From: an uncultured Acidobacteriota bacterium
GTDB taxonomy: Bacteria; Acidobacteriota; UBA6911
Assembly (NCBI GenBank): GCA_963809485.1
Contig: CAWEJX010000007.1
Span: 608,001-672,000 of the forward strand
Reading direction: 5' to 3'
Length of the DNA: 64,000 bases
The position numbers were made by a program, and so were the translations under genes. The notes under the pieces are model-generated. The model did not search any database, had not been told where the DNA came from, and worked only from the letters and a program-made list of their open reading frames with translations. Of this stretch, positions 51,745 through 61,113 are shown in pieces (position 1 is the first letter of the stretch; the number at the start of each line of letters is the position of its first letter).

Positions 51745-52173
51745 TCAGACCCGGAAGATTTCGCCGGTTGCCTTGCGCTTATAGAATCCTTTCTGCTGGA
51801 GCGGCCAGTTAAACTTGATGGCGCCGAGATTTAGACGAGGACACTCATTCACACAACAGCCGCAATACCAGCACTCTTCGGGATGGAGCGTAATTGGAGG
51901 TTGGCCTTTTTCCGGACTTGGCACGTATACGTCCACCTGGCACACATCAACACACGTGTTGCAGCCGTTGCAGATTTCAGGATTTCGAATGACCGGACTG
52001 TTCGGCGTAGCCACGTTGGGAAGCAGGTATACCTTTTCAGTATTGTCTTCCGCACTCTTGAGGATATCGCTGGCGCCCTCAAGAGTTACTGCGGCACCGG
52101 CCGCGCCGGCTACCGCACTCGCCTTCAGGAAATCCCTGCGTTTCATTGTCGAGCGTTTCTTTTCCTTCTTCAT
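51745..52173 (-). CDS. 4Fe-4S dicluster ferredoxin (AprB-like) with Tat motif
   Basis: KRRDFLK; CNGCNTCVDVC; ECWYCGCCVNECP. Confidence 0.88.
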   Translation of the reverse strand: MKKEKKRSTMKRRDFLKASAVAGAAGAAVTLEGASDILKSAEDNTEKVYLLPNVATPNSPVIRNPEICNGCNTCVDVCQVDVYVPSPEKGQPPITLHPEECWYCGCCVNECPRLNLGAIKFNWPLQQKGFYKRKATGEIFRV

Positions 52174-52229
52174 AGCCTTTCCTATCATTTATGGGTTTAG
52201 GCGAAATTGGAGCTTCTCCGCGACCCTGC

Positions 52230-54080
52230 TTAGCCGGCGTAAACCCCCTTGTAGTCCCTGTTGTGGGCTTCGTAGTTTTCTTTGAGAGTGCCCCAATAAG
52301 CCTGGGGCAGCTCTCCCACCTTCAGTTTGCCGTTCTCCTGCTTAAGAGTGATGAACTTCTTCCATTCGGGCGGATCCATTTGCGGATAGTCTATCCGTTG
52401 GAAGCCCAAATACCGGCTGCTGGCTTTACGCGCCAGTGAGCCTTGGATAATGAGCTGAGAGAAGGCAAGAATGCTCAAATCCTCAAGACTGCGCATCAGC
52501 TTGTGCGGGTCCAGGGCATATAGCTTCGGCACCCAGTTTTGTTCAATGTCCTTGAGCGCACTCAGTCCCATGTTAAGAAGCTTTTCGGTTTTATATTCGC
52601 TGCAGAAGTATTGCATTGTCCGCGCAATTCCGGCGTGCAGCTCTTTCCACTCCATGCCTTCCTTCCTTTTGATCGGGGCATAGATGCGTGTCTTTTCACG
52701 CGCGATCTGCTCCGTTGATATTGCCGGCCGGCTTGCCTGCGAGGCATAGGCAGCCGCTTTTCTGCCGGCATACCTGCCGGTGGAAGCTGCGTAGCTATGA
52801 TCCCCTGGGGAATACATCTGCTCTCCGGCAGCATACAGCCCCTCCAGAGTTGTCTTCAAATCCCAGTCGACCACAACGCCGCCGCGGGCAGTCATGCTGT
52901 CGGGAGAGCGGAAATGGGCGGGGCTGGCGCCCTCAATCAAAGTGTGGTTCATCATCATATCCTTCTTGGGATCATATCCGGCGTCCTCAAAACACCGTCG
53001 CATTGCCAGTGCCGTTGACTCTTCCCTGTACCCCAAATCCCAATTGATCTTCCTCCAGCCTTCCGACATAGCGGGGAAATCCCCCCAGAAAGGCAGGGCA
53101 TATTCTCCTTTCAGCACAGCCTCCCGATTCGCCTCCCCGCTCTTTAATGGTTTGCCGTTGTCATCGACGGATGGAACCATTTCGAAAACAGGATCGTTGC
53201 CGCCTGAATCGATCTTGTGCTTATAGCCGGTTCCCAGGACCAGAAGCCCGGACTTCTCCATCGCGGTAAGCTCGGCGCCGGCCCTATAGGCCATAACCGT
53301 GCCGTCGCCTGCCGCGTTGCGGGACCTGAAGGTTGAAATACCCGCCAGTTCCGTGTTGAAAACCCAGATGGATCCCACTCCTGCCGTGGCCAGGATGATC
53401 GCTTTGGCTTTAAAAATCATGAATTCGCCGGTTCTGGTATTGACTCCGGTGGCGCCTGCCGCCCTTGCGCCCTGGATGCCCTTTTCGTTCAGCAGGCTGG
53501 TGACCATAATCCTGTCGTAGATCGTGACTCCCAAACGCTGGCATTCCTTCCTTAATTTTGGCTTAAGCGTCGATCCCCAAAAGCGAAAAGCTGCATTAAG
53601 CGGGTCGTATCGGGCGGCGACTATGATTTTGGTTTTATCATCGCGGCCCGGGGCGCCCACGTACTCATCATCCGTATCCCGGACTTTGCAGCCAAGCTTC
53701 TCCATTTCCAGAAACGTGTCGTAGCTTTCCCGGCATTGTATTTCGCGTCCAATGCCGCAGGCGTATCCGCCCTCATTGTCGATGATGCTCTGGCATCGTT
53801 TTTCAGGGTCCATCTTGGATAGAGGGCTCGTCATGGGATTTTCCCAGTGATCGCCTCCCGGTCCTCCAGCTCCGCTTCTTATCGTTGCCCCTTTTTCGGC
53901 CAGGGCAACCCTGACGCCTTTGTTTCTGGCGGCGCTGATGGCCGCCCAGCATCCGGAAATGCCGCCGCCGATAACCAGGATATCCGTGTCAATTTCCTGT
54001 TCCTGTTTGTAATGTATCGGGTACGGCCATTCAGGCACGCCTTTACCTTTTCGCATGAGCTCATGCCACGAAGAAGTCAT
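52230..54080 (-). CDS. AprA/SdhA-like flavoprotein
   Basis: DILVIGGGISG, RSGAGG, ILATAG, GLYAAGE, ARKAS..RIDYP. Confidence 0.88.
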   Translation of the reverse strand: MTSSWHELMRKGKGVPEWPYPIHYKQEQEIDTDILVIGGGISGCWAAISAARNKGVRVALAEKGATIRSGAGGPGGDHWENPMTSPLSKMDPEKRCQSIIDNEGGYACGIGREIQCRESYDTFLEMEKLGCKVRDTDDEYVGAPGRDDKTKIIVAARYDPLNAAFRFWGSTLKPKLRKECQRLGVTIYDRIMVTSLLNEKGIQGARAAGATGVNTRTGEFMIFKAKAIILATAGVGSIWVFNTELAGISTFRSRNAAGDGTVMAYRAGAELTAMEKSGLLVLGTGYKHKIDSGGNDPVFEMVPSVDDNGKPLKSGEANREAVLKGEYALPFWGDFPAMSEGWRKINWDLGYREESTALAMRRCFEDAGYDPKKDMMMNHTLIEGASPAHFRSPDSMTARGGVVVDWDLKTTLEGLYAAGEQMYSPGDHSYAASTGRYAGRKAAAYASQASRPAISTEQIAREKTRIYAPIKRKEGMEWKELHAGIARTMQYFCSEYKTEKLLNMGLSALKDIEQNWVPKLYALDPHKLMRSLEDLSILAFSQLIIQGSLARKASSRYLGFQRIDYPQMDPPEWKKFITLKQENGKLKVGELPQAYWGTLKENYEAHNRDYKGVYAG

Positions 54081-54481
54081 GTTCCAGCCTCCATCCGGGC
54101 GCGGATGCGCCTGTTCTAACCAGCAAGTTGTTGTTTGCAAACACAGAGATTATGGCGACCATGCTTTTGGGGAGCAACTCTTTTCTCGGAGCAATCGATG
54201 ACATTGAGGACTGAAATGGAGGACGGCCACCTTCTTTCGCTCCTCCCGCTCCGAGTAGAAATTCAGGTTGCAGGTCGAGATACAGCCGAGCGCAGGAGTC
54301 GTTGACCCCGATGGCGGCACGCCGCCGGATATCGGCGAGAAAGCGAGCTCATGCTCGATTATTTCACTGAAAGGCTTGTTTGCATGAAGTGATTCGATGA
54401 AATGTGCCGGGGTGCAAGCCCACCGATCAGCGGAATTCACAACCCGTGCAACCCGTTACTTGCCTTTCCTTTCTTAACTAT

Positions 54482-55066
54482 CTATCTCTTGGACCAGTAT
54501 TGGACCTCGTATTTGGAAGTGAGCGCCACTGCCATACACAGAAAGGGCTGCTGTATTTTTAAGGTATACGTTGGGTTGTGCCACACCCCTTTAGGAATGA
54601 CGACAACGGTGGGAGTCGAAAATATGTGGTCCTCCATCCCACCATCCCCCGGGCCGATCTGAAAGTTCACCTCTGCTCCGAGCTCGATGCTTTTTGGATC
54701 GGACCCTATGAAATACATGGCTTCATCGTGATCATGGATGTGGGGCTCTGTCGATCTGCCCAACAGTCCGGTCTTGGTTCCGAACGCCCAAATGATATTG
54801 CAGGGGAATCCATTGAGTTTTTCGGCACCGGTTGAAAACATACAGGTCTCGGCCATCTTTCTGATGGGTAGTGGAACAATGCACCTTCCGTACTTGCTCT
54901 TGCCATCGGAGGTCTCTTGGGAAACGACACCCTGCAGAAGCGGGCTCGCATTGACAGTCCAACCAAGCATAGCGCCTGCAGCGGCAACAGCGGCGCTGCC
55001 GACCGTCACCTCCTTCACGAATCCCCTTCGGGATGTGCCGTCATTCTTCCTATGAATTGAACCCAT
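54482..55066 (-). CDS. Tat-signal cupin-fold protein (paralog 4)
   Basis: SRRGFVK; HIHDHDE..GSDP..LGAEV..IPKGVWHNP. Confidence 0.8.
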   Translation of the reverse strand: MGSIHRKNDGTSRRGFVKEVTVGSAAVAAAGAMLGWTVNASPLLQGVVSQETSDGKSKYGRCIVPLPIRKMAETCMFSTGAEKLNGFPCNIIWAFGTKTGLLGRSTEPHIHDHDEAMYFIGSDPKSIELGAEVNFQIGPGDGGMEDHIFSTPTVVVIPKGVWHNPTYTLKIQQPFLCMAVALTSKYEVQYWSKR

Positions 55067-55704
55067 CGCTGTTTCTCCTTTTACAGAAATTTGTGAATGC
55101 CTCCGCGAATGCTTCCCTGAGCCCGTTCATTTATCCGGAAGATATGCCCCATTGTGCCGTTTCCCAATGGACCGCGCTGTTGTCTGTAGTCGGTGCCGTA
55201 CGCTGCTCCGGTCCTGAACTGGCCGGGAGCGGGATCGGGCCAGACTAATCAGCAATCCGCGCGTCATCGTCCTGTCTCTCGATTGTTTCAATCAGCGCTC
55301 TATCGCCCGGACCTTGGGAACCCACAGAGCCACCGCGAAAAGCACGACCAACAGTTAGTAAGCGAGCCATGAAAATCTGATGCGCAGTCAGAACTCATCC
55401 CCTGGAACATGACACCAGCCCACAAATGCACCATCAGCATGTATCGACGAATCCGCCGCAGCCATTCCCGCAATCGGAAGTAACGGGAAACGGATGAATC
55501 CATCATGATAATCCTATATTATAGCGAATCGGGTCGATAAGCCCATCCATATGGGTTATCTTGCGAAAGAAGTTATACGATGTTCCTGAGGGAAATAAGA
55601 TGCAGTTCTGGGATTACGGAATCGCCTGTCATAGGCTGGGAAAACCCCTGTTGAGGTAGAAACGAGGGAAAATGACAATGGGTTGCGGGAAGAAGGAGGG
55701 AAAA

Positions 55705-56241
55705 ATGGCTGCGCTCAGGAAATGCCTCAAATACATAGCCGCAGGTGTTATGGGTCTGGCTGTTTCGGGTTCATCCGGCTGTTCGGAACCAACGCCATCC
55801 ATCAAAGACCTGGGAAGGAGAGTTCAGGTTTTGGAGGATCTCGAGGAAATCAAGAAACTGCATCAGAAGTATATCAACCTCATGGATAACCTTCGCTATG
55901 ATCAAGTGCTGGAGCTTTTCACGGAAGATGCGATTGTGGAAATCCGAAATTACGGAATCAGGAGGGGCCGGAAGGAAATATCGGAGGTCTATATAGGGAC
56001 ATTGGCCAAAAATCGGGGCGATAAGCGGTACGACGGACATATGGCGGTTGAGCCCGACATCCGGGTTAACGGAAACACCGCAAGCGGCTCCTGGCTGATT
56101 TATATGCTTTTCTCCAAACCCTCCATCCAATGGGTGCAGGGGATGAATGAATGCGAGTACAGAAAAGAGCGCGGCGAATGGAGGATCAGCCGGCTCAAGT
56201 TTACCCGCACACTGGCTTCAGATCCGGCGTTGTATCCCTAG
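55705..56241 (+). CDS. SnoaL/NTF2-like lipoprotein
   Basis: SSGC lipobox-like, LEDLEEIKKLHQKY..MD, LFTEDA, WRISRL. Confidence 0.8.
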   Translation: MAALRKCLKYIAAGVMGLAVSGSSGCSEPTPSIKDLGRRVQVLEDLEEIKKLHQKYINLMDNLRYDQVLELFTEDAIVEIRNYGIRRGRKEISEVYIGTLAKNRGDKRYDGHMAVEPDIRVNGNTASGSWLIYMLFSKPSIQWVQGMNECEYRKERGEWRISRLKFTRTLASDPALYP

Positions 56242-56376
56242 CGAAAATGCAAGATGCCGGCTTTGCCGGAGGTGCCCGACTGCAAAAACGGGCCGGACTT
56301 CCATGATGTTGATTTCTACACACCGGCTTCCTGAACTTGAATATTTCCTGCAACGGTGAGGGTATCCAGGATCCCG

Positions 56377-56877
56377 CTACTCCAGTCGTTTGAACCGGTA
56401 CTTCACGGCCATGTCGCCATAGCCCATTTTCCCATCCGCTGAAGGCTTGATGCCCTCCATTCCCGGCATTTTCATTTTGTCGTATTGCGGTTCCAGGATA
56501 AGAATATTGTCCCCTTCCATGGAACATTTGAACGTCATCGATCCCAAAACGGGGAATGCGGATGCCATATGATGAACAACCAGCTCTTTCCCGTCAAATT
56601 CATAGGTCCCGGCATCCGCTGCTTTGGAATTGGCGGTGCTTGATTTTTCCGCCAAATCGCGAATAGCACTGTAATATTTCTCCGTAATGAAAATCATGAA
56701 CGCCTTTGGAACGATCGTTTTCCTGTTTTGAACGGTTCCCGTGTCCATCGTCTCGATCGACCATACACCTCGAATTTTTTTCGCGTCAACCGAGGCCGGC
56801 TCTTTAGGTTCCGCATGACAAACCGTTAAAAGCAACACGGCAATAACGATACAGGTGGAAAATGAAGCATACTTCAT
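56377..56877 (-). CDS. Secreted lipocalin-like protein
   Basis: Signal peptide, IRGVW, AGTYEFDG, YRFKRLE. Confidence 0.6.
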   Translation of the reverse strand: MKYASFSTCIVIAVLLLTVCHAEPKEPASVDAKKIRGVWSIETMDTGTVQNRKTIVPKAFMIFITEKYYSAIRDLAEKSSTANSKAADAGTYEFDGKELVVHHMASAFPVLGSMTFKCSMEGDNILILEPQYDKMKMPGMEGIKPSADGKMGYGDMAVKYRFKRLE

Positions 56878-57005
56878 AAAACGTCTCCTTTTGGGGGGGC
56901 GGATTCGGGAAACAACAAACATCAGATAAACCCTGTTTATACAGGTTGCACTGCCGTTCGGAAAAACGATCGCTTTCCTCAGCGAATTGATGTTTGTCGG
57001 AGAGA

Positions 57006-57980
57006 TCATTTGAATAGAGGCCCGGCCCAGCCATCCCCTAATCCATAGGGTACCTGGACCCCGACAGCAAAGGTGTCGCGAATCTTGCCGCTCTTTATCT
57101 TAAACATCTCGGATATCGGCATGCTGTTCGGCCTCCGTTCGTAGGAATTACGTGTGCTTCCGTCCCTCATCTGGACTGTGAGCACACCCCGGTGGTTGAA
57201 ATTGTACACACCCCAGGTAGTACCCCTTTCTTCATCAACTACCGCAACGCGCCGCGGGCGAATGCTATAGATGGTTTTGAGAATTCCCGAACTCAATCCA
57301 TCTCGGCATGTAGAACCGCTTGGTATGGCGCTCGGCGCGTCTGCCGGAGTTGCGGCAGGGGCAGCCGGTGCATTGGCAGGGCTAGGGCTGGCCCTCAGCA
57401 TGCCGTTTTCAAGGCGGTAACATTCCGGATCCCAGGGAACGATATCGCCATCGGTCTTTTCGATCCCGTCGAAATAGAGGTTGGAGATCCTAATGAGCTC
57501 TTGGCGTGACACCCGCTCTGAGGGAGGAAGGGGCTCGGAAAACGCAGGCGGCGGGGTTTTTAAATTCACAAGGCTTTTTTCGCTCACGTTGCGGACCACT
57601 ATCGATTCAGCCTCTGTGATCTGCCTGTTCACAACCTTGAGACGCAATGAAAGAAGAACAGGCGAATCGTGTTCCTTGACGATGCCGACGTATCCGACCT
57701 GCCCTGCCTGGGGATCAGAGACGTAGAATTTGTAGTCGCCAAGGCCCGTGGCTGTAAACCAAAGGCCCTCTGTGGGAGGAAGCTTTACGGCGTTCTCCGT
57801 AAATTTGAAGGTTTTGGCGAATGGCGCTTTGGAAGCATCGTGCGCCGTCATGGCCGCAAGATACTGGTTAACCGTGCCCTCCAAGCAAGCACGATCGCAC
57901 GAACCGGATTTTTTGCCTTGAGCGGCCAGAGTTCCCACCGCCAAAATCACCATAATCACAATCACGAAACACTTCCGCAT
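57006..57980 (-). CDS. Secreted CDRxCL-family hypothetical protein
   Basis: CDRACL, FTEN, EGLW, CYRLENG, VVDEERG. Confidence 0.75.
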   Translation of the reverse strand: MRKCFVIVIMVILAVGTLAAQGKKSGSCDRACLEGTVNQYLAAMTAHDASKAPFAKTFKFTENAVKLPPTEGLWFTATGLGDYKFYVSDPQAGQVGYVGIVKEHDSPVLLSLRLKVVNRQITEAESIVVRNVSEKSLVNLKTPPPAFSEPLPPSERVSRQELIRISNLYFDGIEKTDGDIVPWDPECYRLENGMLRASPSPANAPAAPAATPADAPSAIPSGSTCRDGLSSGILKTIYSIRPRRVAVVDEERGTTWGVYNFNHRGVLTVQMRDGSTRNSYERRPNSMPISEMFKIKSGKIRDTFAVGVQVPYGLGDGWAGPLFK

Positions 57981-58504
57981 AGTATCCCTCCGTCGATACA
58001 TCTATGTTTGAAACTGCCCTAAGGAATGGCGCAAAGCTGCGCTATGCTTGCCACATGAACCTGCCGCCGGCCGCTGATTGAAAATATTGCCACCATGAAA
58101 CAGGCGGGCACGATCTCTTGATAGAAAATTTGTTTTCCCATGACGCGCGCGGCGCCGGGTTCGGTTCACAGGACAAGGACCGGTAGAAATTTATCTATCC
58201 GCTGCCGAACTCAGCACCAGGCACATTCTATGCGCTTGGCATCTGCGATTCCAACAGAAATCAAGGCTCGTCGCGCAGGCCTGCCTTTCGCAAAAGGGCG
58301 CAAAAGGCGCCTGCCCCAGGCGATTTACCTGATCATCCCCTCGGAGCGGCTGAGAAATTGGCAAACGGGGGTTGACGTCCCCGATTTCCAATCGACATTT
58401 TGGTAAGTTCCAGCCACGACCTCGATCACGGGACACGTCAGCGGTCCCTGCAATCAATGTTTCTGCGGGGGCGCATTAAGGGATGCCCATTGCGTTGCGC
58501 GCAC

Positions 58505-59440
58505 TCAGGCTTCTCGACGTACTGCTATGATTATGGCGAAGTCATGTTTGAGTGTCCCATTTGCGATCCATTGATCCTCCACGTCGAACAAATGCTGAAG
58601 GTACTCCATCGCCTCCGGATCCTTTTCATCAAAATTTCCAGCGATCTGATCCAACAAGAGATGCAGTAGGCTCCCTCCGCAACCTTTCATATCGACGACA
58701 TCGAAGAACTTGGAAACCAACGGTAGAATCTCGGACGATCGAATTGCCTCTGAAGGATCGAACAAGTTAATCTCTTGAAGGCATAATCGCGTTACGGGGT
58801 TTTTGAGGATCCCCGGGGAGTTTATGCACCGTTTGAAACGTTCGGGAAGCACCGCAATTTGAGCATTGATTGCTGCAAGTTGCGAATCGGGCCATTGAAA
58901 TTGAGAGGGCCCAATAAACTCATCCAGGAAAAAGTACCCTCCAGGCTTGAGACTCCTCGAGACCTGTTTGAAGAGGCGCTCAAGAGCAGCTACGTGATGA
59001 ATAGAACCAATGCCGAAAATGACGTCGTAATATTTTGGGGGCAGTCGGATATAATTAAGATCACCGACACGATACATGAGATTATTGAAACCAGCTTCTT
59101 TCGCCAATCGGGCGGCCTCGGCAACGGCCCCGTCAGAAATGTCCACGCCCTCATGCCGCAACGCAAAACCGTATTGCGATAAGCCCCTTTCGAGTTCGCC
59201 GTGCCCGCATCCCAATGTGAGCGCCCGCTCCACTGGCATTCTGTCTTGAAGGTAATGCTCCATGAAATAGTTAAAGCGATTTTTGAACCGGTCTCCGCTG
59301 GTCAGCAGGTTCAATCGCTCTTGCACCTTCGAATGCTGTGTCCAATGTATGCATTCGGCGCCTCGCCAAGCTGTGGCGGCCGCTCCTTTCCCCCATACGT
59401 CCTTTACTTTTTTTATTTTGATTTTATCTAAAAATCGCAT
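58505..59440 (-). CDS. Class I SAM-dependent methyltransferase
   Basis: LTLGCGHG, GVDIS, YDVI..IHHV, LKPGG. Confidence 0.88.
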   Translation of the reverse strand: MRFLDKIKIKKVKDVWGKGAAATAWRGAECIHWTQHSKVQERLNLLTSGDRFKNRFNYFMEHYLQDRMPVERALTLGCGHGELERGLSQYGFALRHEGVDISDGAVAEAARLAKEAGFNNLMYRVGDLNYIRLPPKYYDVIFGIGSIHHVAALERLFKQVSRSLKPGGYFFLDEFIGPSQFQWPDSQLAAINAQIAVLPERFKRCINSPGILKNPVTRLCLQEINLFDPSEAIRSSEILPLVSKFFDVVDMKGCGGSLLHLLLDQIAGNFDEKDPEAMEYLQHLFDVEDQWIANGTLKHDFAIIIAVRREA

Positions 59441-59594
59441 CCTGTATTGTTTCTGTGTCCATTCAGTTGTACATCGCATGCCATTATAATGCAGCGTAGT
59501 GGAATGTGTCTTGTATTCGTCTTCTGCTTGCACGATCGAGCCGGTTTTCGCGCAAGAGAGGATTGGCAAAAAGCGCACAAAGGTCATCCGAGGT

Positions 59595-59779
59595 GTCAGG
59601 TGCCTCCGGCAAAGCCGCAGGCTTTAAAGATTTGAACCGCTCAAAGCGGTTGGAGGAGTTAGGCCGGTCTTGAACGCTGACTTCCGCCGAACCTCGCCGA
59701 ACAAATCGGCGTTTGTCAGCGTTTCAAAATACGGAGCTGTCAAACTCTTTGAGTCCCCCGGCCGAGCCGGGGATTTGCC
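59595..59779 (-). mobile_element. IS200-type palindromic element, short form
   Basis: Reverse-complement match to both ends of 51335-51727. Confidence 0.8.
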
Positions 59780-59947
59780 CCGGAATAGACGCCTGCCACC
59801 GCAAAACGGCAGCTTGAACTTCGTGTTCCCTGATATAATGCGCTTCCATTCTTTGATGTGCAGCATTCTTTGACGTGCAGTTAGGAAGAAGTTTCTCCAC
59901 GGGCCCGCAAGGGAAAGGAAACAGGCGGCTATCTCATCGGAGGTTTT

Positions 59948-60562
59948 ATGAAAGCCAAGTCATCACGCAGGACGTTTTTGCAGGCAGGATTAGGTTTGCC
60001 CGCAGCTGGGTTTGTTATCAATCCAATTAGCCTGCAGGCGGCTTTTCAGCAGTCCACAGGACAGCGGCAGCCCGCAATTTACACGGGAGGGAGCCAAAAG
60101 AGTCAATCAAAATTTGAACAGTACATTGTAAGAGACTTGTGGCATAAATCGTACCCTCAGGACTTCCATGTCGAGGTTACAAAACCAGTTCTCGGTCTGA
60201 GGATGAAAAAGGAGGAAGGTACCACCTATTCTCCCTTCGCGTTATCCTGGGTGCCGATAACGAAAGAGTTTTTAATGGCACCGGAACCTCACATCCATGA
60301 CTGGGACGAGTTTCTCATGTTCATCGGCGGAGATACGACCAACCTGTTAAACCTGGGGGGTGAGGTCGAATTTTCTTTAGGGGACGATCCGAATAATATG
60401 GAAAAGTTTGTCTTTACCTCTCCTGCGGTCGTTCATCTGACCAAAGGATTGTGGCATTGCCCACTCAATTTCAAGCGAGTCGATGATCCTTCCAAGCCGG
60501 TCCTTTTCACGAACCTGATGTTTTCAACCGATTACACGGCGAGAAAAGCACCCAAACAATAA
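59948..60562 (+). CDS. Tat-signal cupin-fold protein (paralog 5)
   Basis: SRRTFLQ; HIHDWDE..LGGEVEFSLG..KGLWHCP. Confidence 0.8.
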   Translation: MKAKSSRRTFLQAGLGLPAAGFVINPISLQAAFQQSTGQRQPAIYTGGSQKSQSKFEQYIVRDLWHKSYPQDFHVEVTKPVLGLRMKKEEGTTYSPFALSWVPITKEFLMAPEPHIHDWDEFLMFIGGDTTNLLNLGGEVEFSLGDDPNNMEKFVFTSPAVVHLTKGLWHCPLNFKRVDDPSKPVLFTNLMFSTDYTARKAPKQ

Positions 60563-61113
60563 AATGGCGACGGAATCGCAAGTGATCTCTTAGGGGCCGC
60601 GATAAAGACAGCAGAAAAGACGATCCGGTTAGAGTTTTGCCTTTCTGAGAAGCTCAGACATTTTATCGCCTGGGACCGATGCTATTCCATGCATTGCCCC
60701 GAGTGTAGGATGTCGCTGTCTCCGCCTGATTTGCCCAATACAAGTAATATCAAGCCTACAGATATCTGCCAATTACCGCTGACTCATTGCTTCCTTTAGC
60801 CGCAGCTCCTTTACCAAACCGGCGCAACGGTGGAACGAGGTTGCATGAAGGCGAGATCAGTGCTTGTATGGAAAAGGCGTTAAGGGTCCAGAAAACTCCG
60901 TACAGCACTGGAAGAAGCCGATAGCTTGTTTATTGACTTAAATCCATCCCCCTCGGTCCGGAAATTTGCCAATTTGCTCGTAGAAGCGGTTTGAAATAGC
61001 CTGGTTTTTTGGCGGTTTGTGCTTTGGCGCCGATCTCTAAACGACCTATAATCCTTTGCGATGCAATCATTTCTCTATTGCATCACGCTCAATATTCAAA
61101 GAGGAGATGCGTG

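Noticed and set aside
52230-54080. Calling aprAB and hence sulfate reduction
   Set aside because: Divergent sequence and no sat/qmo/dsr context in the window
60600-61050. Possible gene or ncRNA upstream of the glycyl radical enzyme
   Set aside because: No convincing ORF, motif or structure recognised by eye
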